NCBI GenBank assembly: GCA_951406725.2
Contig: OX597817.1
Coordinates: 119,412,001 to 119,476,000 of the forward strand
Reading direction: 5' to 3'
DNA: 64,000 nucleotides
Origin: Octopus vulgaris
Taxonomy: Eukaryota
Shown: positions 53,615 through 64,000 of the stretch, one piece after another
Layout of the letters: the number at the start of each line of letters is the position of its first letter
How positions within the stretch are numbered: position 1 is the first letter of the stretch
Notes under the pieces: model-generated
Told to the model about the DNA's origin: nothing
The model's database searches: none
Seen by the model: only the letters and a program-made list of their open reading frames with translations
Position numbers and translations under genes: made by a program

Positions 53615-53733
53615 TAATCCTGGTAAACTATGCCTTAATCAAAAATTCAAAAATAGATTGAACAATGCTGGAATGGCTTTGTTCTTAGATTTGTCCCATT
53701 TAGGTTGACCTGAGGCTAAATGACAGCAACACC
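53615..53733 (-). repeat. Family E 5' part, reverse orientation
   Basis: gctggaatggctttgttcttagatt..ggttgacctgaggctaaatgacagcaac. Confidence 0.5.
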
Positions 53734-56700
53734 AATGTGAAAGCATGATGATATAACATATGCTCATTTGTAGCTGTATTCATGACAATTGTTCTCAATA
53801 ATGCAAACCAATGAATAACACATCTCTTTCACAATGCTTAGAGGAGTGAAATATATTATTTATGTTTTCTTCTTACAGCCAGATGGACTAAAAAAAACCT
53901 CAAAACTAAATGTTTTAAGAATACAATACCCAATTAATGACAATGGTTAGTTCTGTATCAAGAAAACTTCAGTTGGTGCATGAAAATATGTATTTCTTCT
54001 TTATAAAAAAAATTATAAATACTAAGAATTTATTTGTTTTGTTAAATATGAAAATTAAAAAAACACTAATAGCTTTCAACAGGCACTGACAGAAGAATAG
54101 CATAAGATTTAATATGAGGTGATCATGGATCAATCAAATGTTCACTTTTATGGGGTGAACATTCTAATTCTAATTAATTTCAATAATATGTTATTATATT
54201 TTTACTTTTTAACTGAATTTCTTTTGTGTTCATGAATGGAATTTCTGCAATTTGGAAAGTAAAACAGTGAAAAATCCCTAAAATCTTACTTTGCGGTTGG
54301 ATAGTTAATGGCTAACAGAAGCATGTTGAAATCACAGATAGCTGATATGTTATCAATGAAATTACGTAAGTTGTGGTTCTTATCAATGTATAGTCAATCA
54401 TGCATACTATCTGATAATTTGAGGACTAATTTGAATTTTGAAATCACTGCCTTTTAAAATTTGACAATAATGTCTTTAATTTGTTACATTTCTCCGTTGT
54501 AATTTGTTACATTTCACTATATTTTGCAATGTAAAATCTTTTTGCTTGAAAAGCTCAGCTAGAATATAGTTTTCTCATGAAGACGTCTAAATTCTTAAAA
54601 CATTTGACATTAATCTGTTACAAAAATGTTTTTGCTATGTTTTTCAACTAAATAACAATATTAAATCAAAATATGTAAATATAAGTGATAATGAAGATTA
54701 GCAAAACATAACAGAAATTACTCCAAAAAGAGTTCTAGTGAAAACAGTTTTATTGAGATAATTCTAAATGTTTCATTTTTTCCTGTGTGCTGGATTGCCT
54801 TTTACATTTATGAATATGCTATTAATATCATGTATATTATTATGAAATGAATGTATATGCTTCAATTCTCCTCACCAAATTAAAAATCAATAAAAGAAAG
54901 ATACTTGCAATTATTTGGATAAATATGTTTTATAATTAGTTTGATAGAATTCTTATTTATCTTCTTTGAAAACTTTATTTCTCATTTTTATCAATAACGT
55001 CTCAAAGAAAAAAAATTGATACGATCATTCAAAAACATGTAAATGTTTCAATGAAATGCACTCAAGAGTTATTGAAAATTAGTTATACTCCTAACAATTG
55101 CCATCCGTCTGAGTTTTTGGAATAGCTAATAAATAATTCCCAACTCACTAAGAGTGAAAGAACATCAAGGAAACAGAAAAATGATTTAAATATCTCATAA
55201 AATATCAATAACTAGGTACTTCAAAGTTCAAATATTTTCACTTTCATTGTGAAAACTAATAAAACTATATTGTTTACAGTAGAAAATGTGTACCACAATG
55301 CAACGTATCAGTATTATCTTGCTCTACATGTAACATATACAACTCCCAAGGCATTAGGTACCATTGTTTTTAAACTTGTTTGTATGATTGCTAGACTGTT
55401 CACTCTGGTATCTCATAATAACTAAAGCTAAGAAGTCCATATTATCAAAAATTACCAACCAAAACATTAAAAACAAAATGTATAATTGGTTTTCATATTT
55501 CACAGGAGTGAGCAAGTTATATGGAAATTAACCATGAAGTCAGCTCCTTTCATACTCTCATGTAGAAGTGCTATAGTTTATGCAAAAATTGAAATAGCTT
55601 GCATCCAAAAGGAACTTCAACAGAATTACATTCACACACACAAACACATAGCAAATAATTTCTTTTGGATATTCGTTACCATAATAGTTGGTAGAGCAAT
55701 GCATTCAAATACTGACCACATAGACATTTCCACTTATTTGAATTGATTTTTGGGGGGTATTTTTGTTTGTTTGTTTATTTTTATTTATTTATTTTTTTGG
55801 TTAATGTTCAAGACATTGGAGTGGTGGTATCTACTATAAAATAAAAGTCCATATTCAGTGTATTGTAGATAGTCATCCTTCTAATGTCATATAAATTACA
55901 TTCTGAGCATTGATAAAACCCATCACATTTCAAAAATACTTCCCTTTTTGTTAATTTTAACATGTTAATGAGAAGGGTAAAGCAAATATAACAGATAAAG
56001 TTTGGTAACATGCCAAAACGGTTAAGTATGATGTTTACATATATTTTTGTGCTTTTTAAGCAGACTGATACCTTATTTTTCAAGACACACTAAATTTCAG
56101 GTATTCACTTCTTGTAATTTGAATATTGCATATTTTTACAAATAATCTGTAATTCAGGAGAAAATATTAACACCACAATCTCCGCTCATTATAGACACAA
56201 ATCTTAGTGATGATATGATGAAGTATCATATTTGAATAGGGAAACAGAAAGCTCAAGTTTGTTACAATGTTCTTTGCCAAAAATTATATTACCTATTCTT
56301 GTAGAGAATGCAATTAATGATGAATGATATTTTCACCGATGAAAAGAATTCAATCTAGATATAACCACAGTTATTCATACTTTGAAAATAATAAAACAGC
56401 TAGACCAAAATATTCTACACTATGGTTTATGATACAGTATTATTATTTATGTAATATGGTATGTTATGATACAAGAAGATTTGACATCATATAGCTTTTG
56501 ATCTTTAAATGTGAAGAGTGATATCGTTACTCACATTTGAATAGTGGTAAAGCTGAACTAATCTGATTTAAGGTTTCCATTAGGAAGCAAATAAATTACT
56601 TTATTAGACACTACAATGATGACTATCCATCTTATGATGCATAGTCAATCTAATATTTCTTCTTGGCAAAGGATCATCTTATTTAACTGCTCACTATTGT

Positions 56701-59044
56701 CATGAGATATGTTTGTGCATTGCATTAACCTGATTAAATGGAAGACTTGGTTTGAATAATAGAAATGTCAATGTTTTTTTGTTTTTTTTTCCAATAAGAA
56801 GGAGCACATATTTTTCATTATTTCAGATCACATTCAGTCATCTCTATTTCGGAATGAATAATTAACAATTTCAGTTTTCTTTCTCATGTGCATTACCAGT
56901 CAAAATTTCATGCCCATTTTCATAATACATCAGGTTCAACATATTCAGGAAACAGCAATTCAAACATTTTTTTGCTATATTTAGATATTTCTTTGAGAAC
57001 AGAAGCTGAAATTACAATTAAATTATAAAACTAAATCTGCAATTAGAATTTAAATTACAGTTTCATTACTTTTTATTTTTAATTCAAGTTTTGTTACCAT
57101 TTCAGCTATCCTAATTTTTTTAAATACACTATTTTTTTCAGTAATTTTGATTCAAATAGAAAGCCCAATCGAAAAAAAATAATTTGAAGTTTCTATCCTT
57201 GGAATGTGTCCTTTTCACTCTTTCATCAGTCAGCGACCTGCTGACAATGAATACTTTTCCACATACTACTCATAATTTCCTTCTTGTCAATTGCTTTGGT
57301 TTGAAGAAGCCAGCACTAGTGAGAATTTTACTTGGATTAAATCAGTTGGAAACAGTATAAATTGTTTCCATTTTATGAGAGTTTTATTTTGCTTTATATT
57401 TGACCTCATAGATATCAAGCCAGTCTTACAATAAATTAGTTTTATACAGTAGCTGTTATGTGTATCATCATCTGTTTTTGTCTTGAAAGGGTTAAGGGAC
57501 CATAATAAGTTAGGCTCAAAAAAAAAATTTCCTGCCATAAAAATAAAAATCAACAATGAAGCAGTCAGGAAATTTATAGGTATATTCTCTTTTCTGATTG
57601 GAAATGAATAAAAGATAATCAATAAATATCTTCACTACAATAAATGCTGAAACTATTTTGCCAATGAAATGTATTGAAAAAATCTTTCATCTTTAAAATT
57701 TCAAACATGCTACTTTTTAATATTCCTGACATGTGCCATAAAACAGAACAGCAATAGAAAATAATTAATGAGAATTTTTTACGATATTTATTGTTTTGCA
57801 TAAATATAAAGAACTTTTTAAAACTATGCAAGTTTCTGCTACAAATGCATATTTATTTTTATTCATAACTCTTAGTTCCAGAACTTAAAGATTTTTTTTT
57901 AACATGTGAGCAGTTTAGACATTTTAAAATTCAAATAGCAGGTTTCTGGACAAAATGGTGCCAATAGTCTGATAACATTTTGACTTGTCATTTGACTTCT
58001 TTATATCTTCACTTCAGATTACATTTTTGCAGTCAAAAATTCTAACAGAAAATTGATTTAAATTATTTTTCACTCGCAATAATAACTTTTCAAGAGTCTA
58101 ATATTGTAAGTTATTAATACATTTTCAATATTTAGATTTGAAACAATCATTTCTTTCTTTGTTTTTTTTTTACTTCAGTTACATGTTAAGGGCAGAATAT
58201 CACAAACATAAGTGTCTTCCTAAGTCTGCAATCATATTGGGCAAAGCACTGAACTTTTGCAGTTTTAATTTATCTAACTGTAAAGGAAAATTAGTTTCAC
58301 AACATAATATTCAGAAGGATCCCTCCTTTGAAGACAATCAAATTATTATAACTGATTTTAGAGTTTCTAGGAATATAGGCTGCTTTTAAATGAATCTTGA
58401 TAGCTAATATAAGTTAAATTTGGCAGTTGAAATGCTGATTTACTAATCTAGAATAAATAATCTTAGCAGTATTCTGCATTTCTAATCAAGGTGTATTAAT
58501 ACTCTACTTTTTCCAATAACCAACTGGCAATTTGCTAGAACAATGAATAAAGAAATCAACTGATACAACAACAAAATAAAGAAATCAATTGATACTTATA
58601 TATCTCAGCATGAGAAAAATAGTAATAAGACAATCAAAAACATACCACATAAAGGCAAATATGACAAAGATTACTTAAGAGTAAAAGGGGTCTGTTTAGG
58701 ATGGTGAAATAGATATTCTGTAAATATTCCAAGTAGCATTTTAGTGAGAGACTAATGTTCAAAGTTTATTCAAAAAGACAAAAGAAAAGAATTACAATAC
58801 CATATTCAGAGCTGTAAGCTGTTAATTCACAAGTTAAATAGGTATTTGCAATGAACATAAACTTAAGGACCATGTAGCAAAGAGAATGAAATTATATAAA
58901 GAGAATGCAAATAATACTAGATATATGATGTATTGTTCTTTTAAGTGTCTTTAAAAGCTTCAGTTTAGCAAACTCAGCTTAAGGTACCAGCAAGATTATG
59001 GATGGTTAGGAACATACAACTATAAACACAATCAACCATACCGC

Positions 59045-59230
59045 TAGGCAATAAGTAAATCTCTACATAACCACTCAACTTACAAGAATAAGTAACCCAA
59101 CCACCTCCAAATCAAACTAACCAAATTATGATGAAGGAGGGTAACAAATACGCTATGTCGGAAAAAGACAGGATGGTCTAGGTTAAAATGTCACCGACCA
59201 TAGCTGATCTGGAACTAAAGAACATCTACA
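59045..59230 (-). repeat. Family E copy, reverse orientation
   Basis: ctctacataaccactcaactt..cctccaaatcaaacta..aaaagacaggatggtc..ctggaactaaagaac. Confidence 0.5.
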
Positions 59231-59540
59231 TTCTCAAACAATTATAAGAATATTTTTATATACAAATTCAACTCAATAATAACTGTACGTTTAAAGTGTA
59301 ATTAGTGTCAACAATTAAGGCCTTTAGTAGAAATGTTTGACAACAATATCTACAGCTGTACAATAATTGAAGAAAAGTTAGCTGTAGTTAGTGCCTTTGT
59401 TTTTATAAACTTTGTTCCTTACATTGATAAAATAATAAGAAAATATAAAGGAAAATAAACAGTAATGAATTATAACCTGTAACTACAAACAATATGCTGA
59501 TATATTTACAGGAAACACACTTTACAAACAGACATTCTGA

Positions 59541-59541
<1 letters not shown>

Positions 59542-59576
<35 letters not shown>

Positions 59577-59614
59577 ATGTGTGTGTGTGCACGTGTGTGT
59601 GTGTGCGTGCATGC
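59542..59614. repeat. (TG)n microsatellite, imperfect
   Basis: Direct inspection. Confidence 0.95.
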
Positions 59615-61679
59615 AAAATATTAGTACAAAATTTCAATTTTTCATCAGAGGTTTTATCACTAATCAGGTGGGAATTTCGTCAAAAATATTAACTAATGTT
59701 TACATTAACATTTTAAACATACCTCATATGCAGAAGAATGAAATAATTTGAAATGCCAGAAAGAAGTAAAGTTAGAAAATAATCCTGGATGCTACAAAAA
59801 CAGAGACAAACTATCAGAATCTGTGGCAGCATTTAAGAACAGATAAATGAAAGACATCTGGGAATTCATCCAGAACAGCTCTCCAAGCTAATACTGAAAA
59901 GTGATTAAATGAACCATGAAAAGTGAGATTCAGACTATAGAAAAGTGAAGTGAATAAAATTCTATATCTCAAGAACAAGATCTGTGCAATAGAAAATATC
60001 AATACGGTCAAGTGGGAATAGATGAGAGAATTCTTTGAAACAGAATGTGGTAAGGAAACTAGTTCTAGGATTTATAATATAAAAGCAAGATGGTGACTAT
60101 GGAGAATATTAGCTTAAATGTTATTTCTAACAAGTGGGTTTCTCTAAAAGATAAGGCAGTTAAAATATGGTGTATTACATATGAGTTGGCTTAGTTAAAA
60201 TTTACTAATATGCTTGTGATAGTATTACAGCAAACATAAGAGCTAATGTTCTGAAATTAAAATTCAGAAATCCTAATCCGTTAAAACATGTTCTTACATT
60301 GCAATTTCTTAATCATCTGTTTCTATATAAGAGTTGATAACATTGATAAGAGTAAAGCTTAGATGTATCCCATTGATTCAGTTTATATGGCTTAGATTAT
60401 CCTACCTACAAAAAAATAAATACTGTTGGTTTCTAACGTAGGAGTAGAGCGAATAAAATGTAAAATATGATTGTTAAAAGGAAATGAAATATCAAAGACA
60501 TTTACAAAGCCTACAACATATAAAAGATGGTATAACTTAAGAGACACACTAAAATTGGTGTATAAAAGAATTAAATGTCTATGATACTTAATTACATGGA
60601 AGCACACACACACACACACACAATGCATGTGTTTGTTTTCAGTATGTTCTTCTTTGTGCGTATACAAATACATGCACTTCAGATATTATTTCCATCAATA
60701 AGATCATAAATGAAGCTTCTCACCAATGAATGGTCATCTAAAATGCTTTTGAATTCTATGAACTGAAGAATTTATGCAACCCTGTCAATATGAAGACTTA
60801 ATTGATGCAGCAATTTTAATTAAAGACTTGCAGGATTTGAAATCTATTTCAAGTTTCTTATATGCGTTAAAATAATTTTATCGCATTTGAAAATATTTTT
60901 ATCAATATTTACTTAACCAATGAGTTCACTAAATTCATTAAAATTCTCTTTGCTTTGCATTTTGGATAGAGAATATTTTTTATTTAAAATTTTGAAGATA
61001 CTTTTTAATAATACATGGCACTCATTTTTTTTTTGTTTTGTTTTAGTCATTTATCATTAATTATAGATTGAATTACTTAAAAAGAATATCGATTCATTGA
61101 TTAAGGACACCATTGGATATTATCCCTTGGCACAGAAATAACATCAAAAACTTGATCAAAACAAATATTGTAGATTTTCCTTTCACCGTGGCCTTTTACT
61201 CTGGTGGCTAACAGTTTGTGGTTGCATTCAAATACCAAATGTAAAAGAAACAAAATAAAGAACCAAGTAGATGATGTTCTATCAATAAAAATGAGAACAA
61301 TAAACAAATGAATGTATAAAGAAATACTCTATTGTTAACATGTTTGTGCAATCTTTATGTTGATATTTTGAAATTATGACTGAAAATAATTTATTTAGCT
61401 GTATGATTAGTCTATCAGGTTTGTAGTTAATAAGTGATAAGTTACTTTAAAATTACTTGTTTACAATTTTTGCACACTGAAATATTTAACAAACGCTTTC
61501 TGCTAAAAGATAATCAGTTATAAAATCAAATTACATTCCAGAGGTTAAATACAGTGGTGATAGAAAAGTTTAAGAAGTGTAAGAAATCAATATATTCAAT
61601 GGGCATTCTTTTATCATTGTCAATTTTTATATAATTCTAATTCACATTTAGCATCTCCAAATTCAGTTCAATTATATGA

Positions 61680-62150
61680 GGAATTTCAACCATGTTTCGT
61701 GGTCTGCTACCACAACAGCAGCTTTATATGATCCAGTTAGCTCACGACATCATCAGGAAGAACCACGTCCGGTTTCGGCCCCTACTCCTCTACTGTTTTG
61801 ACATGGCGCCCCCCCACCCCTTTCGGAGGTGTCTTCAGCTCTGGTGTTGGGTGCATGTCTTCTTTATCTTTCTTCTGTTCCCTGGCCTCTTTGATGTAGT
61901 GTCAATGAGTGTCAGCAGGTGACTGACTGTCTTGTCAAATTTTTTCCTTTAAATACCTGCTGCTAGGCTCCAGCAGGCAGCCCCAGCAAGTTGTCCCATG
62001 ACACTGTCTCAACTTTAACTGACCAATGAAGGTGCATAGTCTCAGCCCACGCATTCTCTAAATGATATTATCATCTGTCAATCAGCGTAGCTAATTCAGT
62101 GTCAGCTTATCTCACTTAGTGATGTTATTTCCTGCCGGCATGTTATGACT
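61680..62150 (-). mobile_element. GC-richer island, putative Penelope-like terminal repeat with hammerhead-like cores
   Basis: On the minus strand: TATTTAAA box, then CTGAAGAcacctccGAAAggggtg, ..gccGAAACcgg, and CTGATGAtgtcgtg..cacGAAACatg; classification inferred. Confidence 0.4.
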
Positions 62151-62267
62151 TTCAAACCATTTTCCCCCAAAACTAAGGACAATTATACATTAAAACATTT
62201 CAAACTGAAGGATAACTTAACTTTCCCATAATCTCATTTTCTTCTGAAACAGTCACATAAGTCATAT

Positions 62268-62658
62268 TGGTTTCAAATTTTTGACACAAGGCCAATAATT
62301 TTGAGGAAGAGCTTAACTGGTACTAATGTTATCAACCCTGAAGTGATGTAAGGCAAAGTCATCCTTGGTGGAATTTGAACTCAGAATGTAAGGATAGAAC
62401 AAAAAGCCTCTAAGCATTTTGCTCAGTATGCTAAAGATTCTACCAATTTTGGCACAAGGCTAGCAAGTTCAGAGGAGGGGGCTAATTGATTACAACAACC
62501 TCAGTACACAACTAGTACTTATTTTATCAAGTCGAAAGGATGAAAGGCAAAGCTAACATCAGTGGAATTAGAACTCAGAACATAAAGACAGATGAAAAGC
62601 TTCTAAGACAGATGAAATGATGCCTATCATGCTAATGATTCTGTCAGTTCACCACCTT
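62268..62658 (-). mobile_element. Two tandem family D copies (~62268-62445 and ~62446-62658)
   Basis: ttttg(a/g)cacaaggc..aaggcaaag..gtggaatt(t/a)gaactcagaa..gattct(a/g) occurs twice head to tail. Confidence 0.82.
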
Positions 62659-62667
62659 ATATCACAT

Positions 62668-62978
62668 CACATCACATCACATGGCTGACTAGGCTATCAG
62701 ATGTTGCTACACATCACTGGTCACAATGTGCTTTGCATTGTTTTAGCCTTCAAATGACACCACCCCGCTGGCTAAGTGAGCAGGCCAACAGAAGAAAGAG
62801 TGAGAGAAAGTTGTGGCGAAAGAGTACAGCAGGGATCGCCACCACCCCCTGCCAGAGCCTTGTGTAGCTTTAGGTGATTTCGCTCAATAAACACTCACAA
62901 CGCCCGGTCTGGGAATCGAAACCACCATCCTACAACTGCAAGTCCGCTGCCCTAACCACTGGGCCATTGCGCCTCCAC
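62668..62978 (-). mobile_element. tRNA-derived SINE family B variant with a different 3' tail and (GTGAT)n end
   Basis: Head ggaggcgcaatggcccagtggttagggcagcggac..ggtttcgattccc; perfect 13-bp TSD ccttatatcacat at 62655-62667 and 62979-62991. Confidence 0.93.
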
Positions 62979-64000
62979 CCTTATATCACATAGTCATATT
63001 AAAATCAAACTGTATAGGTCAGAAGAAATGAGACAATGAATATTGGATTCAAGAAGATGAACTTATTGGGTGATAAAAAGAAAACACAAAAGTATAAGAA
63101 AAGTCAGTTATAAATTCCTGAAGAGATGGTGAAAGACAAGTTTTTGTTAATTATTTGTCTGGATTAACATATGTACTAGTAACTCGTATACTAGCCAGAT
63201 AAAGCCAACTCAAGATGTTAAGAGCCTAATCAATCCTATATAATTCTCACACTATATTGCCAAGAGATTTCTTTTATCTTTTTGTGAGGATGAATAATTT
63301 ATTGTCAATAATAAATATTCATACCAACAATGAGTAAGGTTTTCTTTTTCGTTTTCTTTTTTTTTTAACATAATTACACATTAAAAATATTGTTATTATA
63401 CAATTGGTGCTATGTATCTTTCAGAAATCTCAATACTTTTGGATTTCTTTTCATATGTTGTCTAAGATTTCTTCTACTTCAAAGGCATCTTATTAGATCA
63501 GGGAATTAACAACTGGTTAAAAAGAAATAGAAAGTATGACAAAACCATTTCTCCAATTAGTGTGTTTGTTTGAAAGCAATTTTAATGGTAGTATATATAA
63601 TTTCATAGCTACAACACACACACACATTATTTATATGTAGCAAGAATGATAAATATATTACTATAAAAGTAATAACAGTCTTATTAGAATGCATTGTGCA
63701 TTATTGATATTAACAAGGATAAGCTCTACAGTGTATTACCAGAATTGTTCAGTTCTTAAATGGTAGTGACATTTTAGGAAAAACACGATGAATGAATTTG
63801 TGACAAATGTAAAAAGAACTACATTACACAAAATTCTATTTCTTTTTATTGTAGTTTTTGGCTAAACTCTGCTTTATTTTTAATTAATTTACAAAACAAC
63901 CCCTTTAGGTTCAAGATCAACAAAAATCTTTCTGTTATTTCAAGATCTAAGATACTTTTCCTTAATATGGCTTCTAAGATTAACCTCTTTAGATCTAGCT

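Overview
Very AT-rich, microsatellite-dense animal genomic DNA. The repeat families resemble those I associate with octopus (coleoid cephalopod) genomes; this is an inference from repeat content and was not checked by a search. I can support only one host coding exon: a 209-nt minus-strand exon (21544-21752) with clean splice sites. It encodes the C-terminal part of a CUB domain and resembles SOL-1 (suppressor of lurcher)-type glutamate-receptor auxiliary proteins. The rest is probably very long intron or intergenic DNA filled with decayed transposable elements: two mariner relics, two hAT-type non-autonomous elements, a Tc1/mariner-type MITE, a non-autonomous Helitron, a Penelope-like RT + GIY-YIG relic, a CR1-group LINE 3' end, and many copies of about five short interspersed families (labelled A-E here, my own labels), often nested in each other. 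Nearly all ORFs in the supplied track are microsatellite or chance ORFs. I found no CRISPR array, real tRNA/rRNA gene or clearly new multi-gene system. The best leads are a LINE/SINE shared 3' tail, a SINE tail swap, hammerhead-like motifs in a putative Penelope terminal repeat, and inverted SINEs bracketing the single exon. Boundaries of decayed repeats are approximate and were read by eye.
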